Below, piece after piece: positions 12,587-25,200 of a stretch of DNA of 64,000 nt; position 1 is the stretch's first letter; each line of letters begins with the position of its first letter. A program made the translations under genes and the position numbers. The notes beneath the pieces are model-generated. The model searched no databases. It saw only the letters and a program-made list of their open reading frames with translations, and was not told the origin of the DNA. Source of the stretch: Antedon mediterranea (Eukaryota > Animalia > Echinodermata); contig NC_092674.1 in NCBI RefSeq assembly GCF_964355755.1, positions 22,258,001 to 22,322,000 of the forward strand, given 5' to 3'.

Positions 12587-12793
12587 GGATATAGCTATGG
12601 AATTTCACAGGAAATCTGTGATGAAGCTTTCTATTTGGAGATGCTTGCACGATGTGGAAATTCACAAGCGTGCAGCGACAGGGCAGATTTCTTCTTAGTT
12701 GCCGTTGTCGAAGACAGGGTTCCACTGCTGAGATCATCGAGTGTTTGCCAAAATCCGTGTTTAACGAACTTCTTGCTTGGCCTTGATGAATAA
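12587..12793 (+). CDS. Conodipine-like secreted PLA2-fold protein, last coding exon B (phase 0): GYSYGISQEICDEAFYLEMLARCGNSQACSDRADFFLVAVVEDRVPLLRSSSVCQNPCLTNFLLGLDE*
   Basis: ttttatAG acceptor in frame with exon A. G-x-x-Y-G-x-S-x-x-x-C-D-x-x-F-x-x-x-M-x-x-x-C followed by C-x3-A-x5-AV is the group IX/XII sPLA2 C-terminal helix pattern. TAA at 12791-12793. Confidence 0.8.
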   Translation, partial: GYSYGISQEICDEAFYLEMLARCGNSQACSDRADFFLVAVVEDRVPLLRSSSVCQNPCLTNFLLGLDE

Positions 12794-14633
12794 ACTTATG
12801 GTAAGATGTGTTCAAGTACATAATACTGTAGCAAACATTTTTACAGGGGTTCTTCTTAGCGAGTGCAAGCGTAAGCAGGTGAAACAAGATATTAGATTGA
12901 TGAAATTAATTTGTTCTGAAGTCAAATGTCATAATATACTATTACTAGCCAACTTAGGTTTATATTAGTATTCAGATTGTGGATTTGCAAATGGAGCCGA
13001 CGATCGATTATCGAGTTTTGTGTTCAAAGTGTAGACATGCGCACAATTGACATGACCTATTAGGTCGTCGGTCGTGTCAAATGGAAAGTTCTCTATATTA
13101 TCGTTTGGTATACCGTACTCTATGTATGCATTCTTATAACAAAAATCACAATTTAATAGGCCTATTGGAGCCGTTTCTAACCCGCCTTAGTAATTAACAT
13201 TGATTATACCTATAACTTTTTTCTCTCGTCACAGTGCGCATAATTTTGTTAAAACATAAAGTTTGTCATCCATAAACGTTGACGTCAATGGTCGTATTAA
13301 TCTCTCACTTAAAAGAATAATGCAAATAATTTGTCTAAACATCAGATGATTAACAATATATTTTAATTTTTGGGAAGGTTAACTATGCACTACAATACTG
13401 AAAATACAGCAGTTAAATTATAATATAAAATACGTCGTGCGTATTCCAAATCTTTTAAATACATCATAATAAATAAAACGTATTGTTTCTGGTTAATCTA
13501 TCGATAAAAATCCATACCTTTGCCACTAATGATTAGTCAACTGTGTATTTAATGTATCTATTGTTTCTAAAATGTATATTTATTAGCACATCACAATTTT
13601 TGTCAGACAGAGCTTTATGCGCACGCATGCATATTCACATTGCCTCCTTATTGTGACACAATAAACATGCGCAAACAATCAATGTATAGGAATGTTCGAT
13701 TTGCGCGAATAGTGAAAATCAGGATTTGTGTAAATCGTTTTGAATCTTTGGAAAAGTCCTATATTGATGTAATAAAACCAGTATTAACTTTGATTCCAGT
13801 AGTACTGTACGTATTATATTACGACATTACCATCTATTCGTATTGTTTTTTTCTTTTAGAATCTAAGGTTCACGAAGTCTGCTTGCAATAGAAGGTCGCA
13901 CGTCCAATGTTGCGTTTCAGTCGAAGTACACATTTTGCATCACGTCAACAATTTAGTGCCTAAATTCTAATAGAATGAGCAGCAAGAACACAGAGGCCAG
14001 ATACTGCACGCTCGAAATAACTTACTTAGCCTTACTTTAAAATTGTCTGTTGAACGGTTAATTGGGTCGAATGTATTCAAAGACTGACTGTAACAAAATT
14101 TAAAAATAGCAACGTTAACCAATGCTGTATTACAGAGTTCCAATAAAAACCAGACTTGAGATATTTGGATTATCATGGGTAAAATGAAACAAACGAAAAG
14201 TAAACGATATTTAGAATTGAAATAACGTCAACTAATCAATCCAAATCGAGAACTTACATATTATTCCTATTTTAATTCTAAAAAATTAAACACAAAGTTC
14301 AACCAAGATTTGAAATATAATTATCTTGCAAATATATAATACAAATGGATAACACATTTGCTCATAGTATTCATTAGGATACGTCAAAAACGGCAATAAA
14401 CGTGTTATTACTAATTACAACAAGTGTTCGATTTGTCGGTCAAGATCATATAATTCCATTTAGTAGATTGAAGAATGTAAAGGCTTAGAAATTTATTGCC
14501 TATATTTTTGTAGTTGATTTATCCGTATAGAAGATCCAACCACTTAAAAGCACTTTATACAGACATTCATTTTTATAATTGTCTTTCACCTTTTATATCG
14601 TCCATGCTTAGTTTTAAAAATAAAGTAAAGTCT

Positions 14634-14774
14634 GTTTTTCCACTGTACGAGTCTATTGGCGCGAATCGACATGCATGAGCTCTGATTGATTGCGCGTTTC
14701 TTGCGTTGCAAATAGTAGATGGAAATCTGAATAACGCTTTCAAATCGCGTCAATAAATTCGTCTAGTGGAAAAC
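14634..14774. mobile_element. Small MITE
   Basis: Imperfect TIR gtttttccactgtacga / tcgtctagtggaaaac with palindromic interior. Confidence 0.55.
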
Positions 14775-14940
14775 ATGCACAACAAACTTGTTAGTATGGA
14801 TCGCCAGGGTAGAATGTTTGCGGTGTGCTATTATACTGTACATACATACATACAATAGCTGGGCGTGAACATGGAATAGCTTATATTCCTCCCTGGTGTG
14901 AACATACGTCTGTTGTGTCTGGAAACTCAACCTAGGTAAA

Positions 14941-15105
14941 CCGGGGGCATTCATTTTTTTTCCTATGAGACTAAAGTAGAAATCGTGAATAATTCATTAG
15001 AATAATTTTTACATAATATGGGACATTATAGAGGACGCTATATAAGCATGGAGAGAGATTAAATAATTTGTGTAACCTCATAGGAAAAAAAATAATGCAA
15101 CCAGG
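14941..15105. mobile_element. Small MITE
   Basis: Inverted ends gcattcattttttttcctatgag / ctcataggaaaaaaaataatgc. Confidence 0.55.
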
Positions 15106-17385
15106 GAAAAGTAAAATTACATATTCTTACTTTTCCCTGAGTAAACTATGTAGTAGTTAATGATTTTAAACTTGAGATACATTAGTGAAAATCGTGAATT
15201 GTTTACAAGTAAAACCCCCATCATATCTACCGATTAGAAACATGTTGATTGAAAACCGAAAAGTACCAACATTAAGTACGAAAGTGTAACACACACCCAA
15301 AACAATATGCGAATAAGAGGTGTTCTACTGCAGGGCCCGTTCCAGAAGATATGCAGGCCTGTGCTCTTAAAGTTGATTAACCATTAAATATGTTAAATGT
15401 GTTACTTTAATTATTGGTTTATACTTGTCGATCCGTTTTAATTTGGTGTCTCTCTCCGTGCCTTTATCAAAATTTAACCTATACTCAGATGAAGCATTTT
15501 AGTAAAATCCAACAATGCACTATACGTAGAACACCGGAACAATTTAAATCCAATTCGATTCATTAATATTTTATTTTAGTATGTTCGTAATTGTAAGCGT
15601 AATTAGTTAAATAATGATGATTTAGACCTATGTAAACGTTATGTCTGTCGGCACTATTGTAAATTAATAAATGAATACACAGTCATTATATTGTGCTTGT
15701 ATTATGTAGACCTTCCAAACATTAAAATTTGTCGTGGTCATTCATATGGCATCATCATTGTCATCATCATCAACATCCTCATTATCATCACCTGTTATGT
15801 TTCTGTATTTAACCCTCCTCTAGCATTTTCTGTTTCCTCTTCTCTTAAAGATGGTCCTTTTATATTTATGTTGAATATTCCATGTTAATGTCACTTAGTT
15901 ATTCCTTTTGAAGAAACAAACTAGATCGGAAACAATACATATTTACCTGAAAAAATAGTCATATTGTCTGTCAGACAATGGATTTTAATCTTTGTCTGTG
16001 GTTGGGGTGCAATACATCTTTAAGCTATACCACTTTAAAGTTCTCATATATCTATTAACGTCATCTCTCTCTGTTCTTCTTTTTTGTCTTCTTCTCTCCA
16101 CATCTTTTCATTCTTGGTTGCCATTCTGTGACTCTATTAGTTACATATTTTCCGTTATTTTTTTTGTGTCCATCTTCATTTTATTTCTTTTATTTTCTAA
16201 CATTTTTTTTAACTAATGTCTTTTTTGGTATGTCAGATGTTGCCTTTTAGTGCGAGTATTCCACTTTACTTTCTTATTTCCCGTTGTATTGTTATTAATT
16301 TTCGCTCTTCTTTATTTATCCATGTAGCGTTTTAGTAAATATTCCGTATGCTGTACCACTGTGTTTATTTATCCGTACACCGCTGCACAAACACGAACAT
16401 AATTTAAATGAAATTTCACCCATCTGTATTGGCGAAATTATTCACCAAACACAAGGTTCTCAACTGATGCCACGTGAGTAAAATAACCTTAATATGGAGT
16501 GAGGTATGAGCATCATGATGAATATTGTATATGAAAACCACTAATTCGAGGAACATATTGCAGCTATCTTATGGTAGACAAATCTTTATAATAGGCCTAT
16601 ATAATGTGAACTTACATAAGGGTAAAAATCAGTAAATTGCGCGTAACATCTATAATTTTTACCTAATGGTATAGACAGTTGATACATTCTTTCGGTAATG
16701 ATTTTATCCACATTATGTCACCCTGTTAAATAACTAAGTTTAATTAGATAATCATTATTATTATTATTGTCATTAACAATTAAAACGAATTTAGCTTAAG
16801 CGATTTATAGAAATGCTATACGAGAACGGATTTTGGTAGAAAATAAATTGACTGTTAAACTATGACATTAAAATATCTAACGTTCTGGCTTTACCCCTGA
16901 GAAGAATGTCCAGAAGCGATCAAAATAAAAACGAGGCTGGGGTCGAGTTCAGTCACAATCATAAATGTGAATATTCATTAAAATGAATTTATACATCTTT
17001 ATTAAATATTTTGCCATTAAAACGGCATATGGAATCTTTTTCTATTTTTGCATAACATCTGTCACATACCACTCTGCCATTTTGAAATTGGATGTAACAG
17101 CTAAAACTAATGATGAACATTCATCAATTCATCTTATCCTATTAACAAAACAAGTCCCCAAGTATTGATAAAACAAACAATTAAAGTTTGGGTTTGTTTA
17201 CAGAATATGGAAGGTCTCATGTTAATATAACTTTTAGAACAATTTTAATTAAATTATTATGTTTACATGTAGTACAAAAACAACAACAAAACTATGACCC
17301 CAAAAAAGGATGAAACAATGTAATTAGAAGTACAGAGAATTATGAAATAAGATTGGAAATTGTTAAAATAAGATTAGTAGCAAAT

Positions 17386-17667
17386 GTCATCCTGGCGAAG
17401 CGGTTAAGACAGTGGTTCTGGTGGTAGAAGTATTCTCAGATAAGGACTATAAACCGTATGTCAAGTGTACACATCTTGCTCATGTGCACTTTAAAGAACC
17501 TGTACATCTTTCGAGATGAATAGGAGGTTACCCTGGTGTATACACACAGCCACTGTCACAGACACGTATAACGCGTCAAGGGGGCCCATTGATTGTCAGC
17601 ATACGCTGACTTACCTAAATAAGTTATCTATAAATAATGTGAAATGTTCAAAAATAAATAAAATAAA
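17386..17667 (+). mobile_element. tRNA-derived Deu-domain SINE, internally deleted (B box lost)
   Basis: A-box-like tggcgaagcgg; core gataaggactataaaccgta...ttaaagaacc...tttcgaga..agg.gttaccc.ggtg resembles the Deu domain of AmnSINE1/SacSINE1; (aaat)n tail; homologous to the 58441-58797 copy. Confidence 0.75.
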
Positions 17668-19127
17668 GATAATAATATCTTAACTACCATTAAACTTTTC
17701 TGTAATACATTATTATAATAACGTTGTATTTATACAATTAAGACGAGTAATCCAAGTACTCAATCGTAGATTACATAATTATATCAAATACATAAGAAAT
17801 GGAAGGCACACTTATTTGCACTAAATTGGAACAATAAAATAGTTATCATAACTGTTTATTTGTTTAAAAAAATGAGTGATTACGAAAAATAGGGTTATAA
17901 TAACTGTATTTGATTTCAAGAATTTATCAAAATTCCTGCGAAATTTACAAACAAAGAAAGATTTACCTTGATTTACCATGATGTTGTGGCTAAAGCCTTA
18001 TTCGCCCCTCTGAAAGTTAGTCTCTAACATTATGGCTGAAACTTCTGGTAGTGTTTTTTACAGTGTTATTGGTTCCCACTTAGTTTAAATTCGCAGCTTT
18101 TTTTAATTTAAGAGGATGTCCCCTAGTATAAAAAAAACTATTAGGCCTACTACACCAAAATACCTAGATCTTTTATCTCGCTTACTGTTTCCAGTTCAAT
18201 TCTCTGTTCGCCTTCCTCAATACAACATAAATTTGGTCATTAGGTATTACCAAAATACATTTCGTTAAATTAAAAGGCAAAGACAACAAGAAGTTGCTGC
18301 CCGGCCCTCTGATCCGTTAATACCACATCTTAAACACAATATATTAATATAATATAATATTATATTCTGTTTGTTTATAGCAACAAATGGTACTTAAGTT
18401 ATTGTATTATTATGATACTTTTTCTGCAATAGAAAGTATAAACATTAAATAATACCGGTATAGTAATTATATTTTTATATGCACTAAAATTTTTTTTTTC
18501 TATTAAAGTGAAATGTCTGCAAGCCATTAAGGCTACTGAAATTATACTTAGATGGGAGAAATTATAAAAACAAGCTGGTACTCTTGATGTCCCCCATGAA
18601 ACGGGCAAATGAAAGGCCGGGTAGGCCCTACTCATTATCTTCAATTTAATTTCTGTGAAACATCTCACCGACTATTTCTCGTTTAATCACACACTTTAGT
18701 TCATTTAATTTTGTTATGAATATTTTGTTGTAGCCATATCCAAAATCAATTAAAAATATAAAAATTTTCAATCTGTGTTCCTATTCCGCTTTTCTTGAAA
18801 CAAATTGAACTCGTAGGATATTTCTGTTTTTGTAACATTTGTTTTGTCACATTTATTGAACTAGTTAGACGTGATTTTTACTCTTTATGTTTGAAATTAA
18901 ATTCCAATGGTTTATTTTATAATCATTCTTTTAATATAAATATTAAATGTATTAAATTTCAACGTTGAGGGGAAACGCGTTTGGTGTACATATAACGCGA
19001 TTGACTCATGAACGCTGCGATTGAGATGTTGCTTTCGCGAATTTTTACTGTCTGTGTTTACATCCCCCCAGCAAGCACCGAATAGTGGCAGTGTGGTTCC
19101 CTCCCATCCTCTAATAAACAAGTTAAC

Positions 19128-19227
19128 ATGGCACCGGTTGAAACTGTTGGCATTTGGGGAGAACCAACGTCTACGCTAGACTGGTGTGAACGAAATTATG
19201 TACAAACCATCTACATTGCAGAGTTAT
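19128..19227 (+). CDS. ACER3: ACER3 exon 1 [33 protein letters not shown]
   Basis: ATG at 19128, gtgagt donor; DWCExNY Ca-binding motif. Confidence 0.95.
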
Positions 19228-22200
19228 GTGAGTACATTTCGGTAGTATGACTAGCTAGGTCTCTCTATAGTATGTCTAGGGATAAGTACAGTACACAAGC
19301 GCAGCAAGTGTGGTATCGAATTTACCAGTGGTGTGCGTGCCTGGAGGAGGGAACGGCGCAGCTGAACCGTTGCTTTTGATAATGTGTAGTACACGCATTG
19401 TAATAATACGATTTGATAACTCTTTTTAAAAATAGATCTATCTAAAACAAGTTTCAAACAGCCTCTTAATGTTTTTTAATAATAATGTAAATAGCGTAGC
19501 GGGCTATAATAAAACTTGTTTCTTCAACAATTATATTATAATATAAATTCATGTTTTCATAATTTTTATTTAGGAAGTTTTATTTAACATTGGCCAAATA
19601 ATAATTAATATGACGATACAGTAATGATAAAAACTAGACAAATGGATAAGTACCAGCCAAAAAATTGGCGCTTGTGCACTTTCCCACTAGCACCCATTTT
19701 TTGGAAACTAACCGTAACCCTAAAGACAAACATGTAATGTGTGAAGTGAACTAAACATAAACAACTGAGTAATTATAAAAAAAAAAAGTTAAAATCATAC
19801 AGTATTGATTGTTGTTAAATCATAGACCTCCATGGTTAAATTTAGGAAATAGAAGGCGTTGTCAACAAAATGCAGCATATAAATGCCTGTTTGCACTACA
19901 TCAGATGCACTGTCAACCAAGCAGGTATAAATGCCTGTTTACACTACATCAGACGCACTGTCAACCAAGCAGATAGGAAATAATAACAAATGCGTCTTTA
20001 CATCTTATTTTAGGGAATACAGTGAGTAATGTGTTTATGATAATTCCTCCTGCTTTTGGGATTTGGTTTGCTCTGAAGGATGGACTGGAACGAAGGTTTA
20101 TAATGGCATTTCTTGGACTACTTGGTAAGTTTGATCTTACTGTATGCTATCGGGAAAGCAGCAAACTACAAAGGGGCTTGTGTATCTAATCTATCTCCTT
20201 GAGCCCATAAGGTTGCATTGAACTATTTCTGCTTCTGGCTTCGTTCCAAGATGTTCAACCTTACTTCTTGAGCTTGTGATACAGTCTATAAAAAGAGAGG
20301 GTTGCCTTAAGCCTGTTTTCCTGTCGACGTTGAAATACGTTGAGTTGCGTTGAGTTTAAAATCGTTAAAGTTGAAAATAAATTAGCGATGACGATGATCG
20401 AGTCGGACCGCTAATATTTACAAATTTTTACGCCCAGGGTTGTAGCTAAGAATTGTTGAGGGTGGGAAAAAAAATTGTGAGGGTGGTTTTTTACTAAGCT
20501 TGCGAGCGAAGCGAGGAACTTAGGCTGGGGGCCAGGGGGCCGCCAAGGGCCCTCGGTCGGGATTCAGGGGCCGAAGGCCCCTGAAAAAATTTGCTATATT
20601 GACCTTTATAAGACTCATTTTAATGATGGTTTATATGTGTAATTTTTTACATTTTTTTTTATTAATAATATTATCATTGTTCAGGTGAATGATTTTAATA
20701 AAGCAAAACATTACTTTTACCATGGACGTAATTATACGTACCTCCCGGTTTATTACCTCCATGCTTTGACAGTGTAAGTGTAGGCCTACCATTTGGACCT
20801 AAACATAACTGCCTTTGTGGTTACCTTGCATGAATTAAATAAATTTGTTCGATTTAGCCGAGAATATTTTCCAAGATAAAAACCTCTTATTGATATTCAT
20901 GCCGCACAACAACCACGTAGAAAAACATCACGATGTACTTACATGAACGAACGTACATTTCGCCAGGTCTGCGGCCTGGGCGATGAATGATCTAGGCTAT
21001 CATCCGAGCCATACTACAGTATACTCGCGTTAATGATGTAATTCACAAAATAAAAAATATTAACAGTACAAGATATATAGTATGTTTCAATTCAATGTTT
21101 TTTTTTAATAAATACACGTAGTCGGGAAGTTACTCCACAAAGCAGTCGGCGTGGAACGGTTGGTTAGCCTACAGTTTAATTCGCCGGTTTTTTTAAATAT
21201 TCTCCATGATTCATTCATACAGAGGAGATAAGAAAATCGCGCACAGCATGCAAAGCTAGCAAGCTGCATGCTAGGTTGTGATGTTCACTCAAGTGGAACT
21301 TGAGCGTACCGTCCAATCAGCATTAAGTACATGACAGTTCTGCTTGGTTGATTTTCAAAGCTGTGTGTTTTGTGCAAGGCTAGCTGCATTGTGCGATGTG
21401 AGCTAGAATATGCCCGATATTTCGCGGAAAAAAAAGGAATTTAGGGTGGGCGGACAGGTACGTCTGACGCTGGGCGGAAGGCCGTAAAATTAGCTTTAGA
21501 CTGGGCGGGAGGCTTTTAGGCAGGGCGGCCCCGCCCGGCTCCGCCCTGCACAATTACATCCCTGGCGATCGTTCACAGTTTCTTGGTTCTCTCGAGCGTT
21601 GCTGGGACACGCGAACGTGAAGTGTTGCAAAACTAATGCCGACCACGCGCAGCCGGGACCGCGTCAAAATTGAAAAAGTTACGGGTTTTGATGCTTAAAC
21701 CCAGCCTAGGACATGCTTTCGTTGATATCTTAATCTAGGCTTACACTAAAGACAAACATTAAATTTAATTGGTTTAATATTATAATTTAATTTAACTTAC
21801 ACTTGTTTTTTTTAAACATCAGACCTTAAAAGTGTACAAAAAAGGTGAAAAACATCGTCGCGTTGTAAACATTCAAGAATTGTCAGCGCGTACCTATTTT
21901 TTCACAAACTGCAATGACGTAATTTGTGGACCATTTGATTGGTCAGTTTTAACGATCGTAACGATCGTAATCGTTAAAGTTGAACCGAGTTCAACTTTAA
22001 CGATTTAAGATTTTAACGATTTTCAACGTTAATTTTTACCCCCTTTTCCTGTTAAATCGTTGAATATGTCAACTCAACGCAACTCAACGTAACTTAACGT
22101 CGACAGGAAAACAGGCTTTACCACAGAGCAAGTTGCTTGGTTCAAAATTTGTTCTAATACCTCCAATTACATTATTCCTGTACATGAGCCTATACTTAAA

Positions 22201-25200
22201 CCTGAGCTTATACTGTAGTCTTAAAGGTTCATTTGATAATTTTACCCGCTATAAATCCCAAAATGCATTGCGCGCGGATTGATATTTCTGCTTTTCTTCT
22301 GTAATTAACCCACTTTTTTAAGACAAGGAATGACCTGTTTTAATGTTTTTAAAGTAATGTATTATTTTTACAAAACGTCACAAATTGTAGGAAAGGTGTC
22401 TTTAAGTTTATACTATAATTTTATTTGAATGTTATCATGTACAGTATTGTAGTCATGAAATGCACATACTTGGTTTTACTATTTTAATAATAGGAGGCCA
22501 AATATTATAATATAACATTATCTATTTGCTTAGTATATCATAGTATAAGCTGATGAAAAAGCATAGTTTAACTAAAATAATTAAGTCATTATTATACAGT
22601 ATTATCAGCATCATCCTCTGGTTTTCATAATAAAGAATGTGTTTGCTTAGTTTGTCATCTAAGAGCAACTCCTCAATGGTTCAATGAAAAATACATTTAC
22701 TGAGCAAATATGGTGTTGACACTAACAGATCAATATTGTTATTATAAATACAAGAGTACTTGATACACTTTGATTGTTTTATTTATTAGATTTTTAGTTC
22801 ATGCTCCAATTATCTAAAACACTACATGATCAACAAATTTAAATTAGTATACAAAATGTAAAATATTAAATGGTAATAATCGATATAAATAGGAATATGA
22901 TTGTATTCATTCTCCTTTAGGATTGCATTTGTAAAATGTAATGCAAAAAAAGGCAGGGTTAAGCATGGGATTGTGGGAAGGAGGAGGTATACTGAGGATG
23001 CATATTTAATTCCTACACTTGAAACTTATTGTGTGTGGGTGGGTATATATTTGCCTTTTTTGACCCACAGTCAATTATGTTTCGAAGCCCAGAATGGTAT
23101 TAAAGTCCTTATTTGATCAATACTTGTCCAATTTTCCTTCAAACCTGTTTGCAGATGTTATGTTTACACTGTATGTTATATAAATAACGTACAAGTCAGA
23201 GTGCGTTAGTGGAGATTTTTCTGATAAAAATTATGGGGTACTTCCTAATAATATTTTAGGTTATTATATTTATATAGCAAATAATTTTTTTTATACAGGT
23301 GTGACCATTTTTACTTCCTTCCCTGTTCACATCGCCTAGTTGACTCTCTAGTAGTTTATTAATTTATCTATGGTTATCATAAGACTTGGTCTCTAGTTGT
23401 TTTTGGATAGTCAATTTCTTTTTGCACTTTGAGTTAGTGGTATATAGTTCATGAATGCAATCAAGTAAATTCTAATTACACTAAATATATTGTGATCAAT
23501 TGTATTACAATCTTTCCATTAATCTACGCTGCTGTGACCACAAACTGAAACTTATTGTGAAGCAGACAATAGGTATTATGATAGCATTGAGGTCTGTTTT
23601 ATTATCATGAAAACTTACTACAATTATATTATAATAACAGTATTTCAAAGGTGTCAAACAGTGAAAAGAGATTGTTGACCTATAAAGTTTATGAGGTACA
23701 TGAAATGTTCTGATCATTAAGTTTAATATTCTTAAATGTGTTTCCTTATTTTATGAAGCAATGAATAATTATGTAAATTATTGATTATATAAATTTATAG
23801 TATTAATAATAATATATTATATTTAAACATACACTTTTGTAACAGTGGCACATTTCGATGTGAAGGTGTGTTCTGCATAAAAATATATTAAAACCACATT
23901 ACCACACAATGCTAAATATACAATTTACAATAATAATAAAAATGAAATAATAATGAAAACCAAACAGTACCCTGATATTTACGAACCTTCTCCACCCAAA
24001 ATCTAGCCTCTACTCCCAGCGTTCACATTTTAAAATTATATGAATTTTGTTTTTAAACTTTCTAGTGGTTGGTGTTGGTTCTTGGTTTTTTCATATGACA
24101 CTTCTGTATGAGATGCAGGTAAGTACAGTGTAAGGCAACAATCAGGAATATGTAAAATGATATAAAAACAAGTATAGACCCAAATGTCAAAAGATGCAAA
24201 CGCAATTTCCTTGACAATGTTATTGTCATCTTCATACAGTATTGGGTTTCTTTTGATTCAATCTGAAATTAATTAAAAATAGGGAAACAAGGCTGGACAC
24301 ATGAAAACCAATTCAAACTCAATTTCCATGACAATGTAATTGTCATTTTCATATTGAGTGTATTTTAATTCAATCTGTAATAAATTGAAAAACAGGGGAA
24401 ACAAGAATGGACACCAATTTATAAACAATGCAAACACAAATCATTTTTGTATTGAGTGCCTGAAATAAAATGAAAAACAGGGCCAGCTAAGAATCTTTAA
24501 AATATCCCATCAGGAGAAAATAAATGGATTTATGGCTTCAAAATCAATATCTGATACGCTAGTTATGTTCTAAGTTGACAATAAGCATCTTAATTTGCTG
24601 GGGTTACCACTAGAGATGCGACACAAGGACATAAAGGATTTGACCAATCACAAGCGATGAATCAGCCGAACTGATGCCTGTAATTGATCAACTCACTTGC
24701 ATTTCGTCTACATCCTTGTGTTGCATCTCTAGTAGGAACCAAGCTTAAGTGAACATCTGATTTTTTACATATTTGATTGAGGATTTTAAACACTGAGTAT
24801 TGTTTTTTCTGTTGATTATTTTTGTTAACTGATGATTTTAAACATTCAGTTACTACTCAACGAACAAGCTTGTGTTAATTAATGAATAAAACTACAACAG
24901 TAGATTTTCTGTTACATATATTTCCCAATCATTTCTGTAGTTAATGTTGCATCGTGGGAGGTACTAATATATTCATTGCAGTTACCATTACAACAAGATT
25001 GTTTTCCTGTTGTAAACAATAGTTCTATAAACCTGTCTTATGTAGTTTCACTTCTAATTAATTAGTTACTAATTATTTATGTTTAATTTGCAGCTGTTTG
25101 ATGAGTTACCAATGATATATGGAACATGCGTCTTTCTTTATTGTCTGTAAGTGTTTAATAGTTTAATATTGGACTTTAACTTCAGTTCCTTTATCACTGA

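Larger units (their letters stand above)
20310..22117. mobile_element. PIF/Harbinger-like non-autonomous element carrying a nested insertion
   Basis: ~47-bp TIR agcctgttttcctgtcgacgtt...gttgagttgcgttgagtt; TTA target duplication on both sides. Confidence 0.85.

Noticed and set aside
12564-12968. ORF-track entries 12564-12887 (-) and 12777-12968 (+)
   Set aside because: Antisense or out-of-frame shadows of the PLA2-like exon B.
14037-14088. Minus-strand exon-like segment with good AG and gtaag sites (QSLNTFDPINRSTDNFK)
   Set aside because: Single short segment with no recognisable homology or partner exons; it could be non-coding but cannot be supported.
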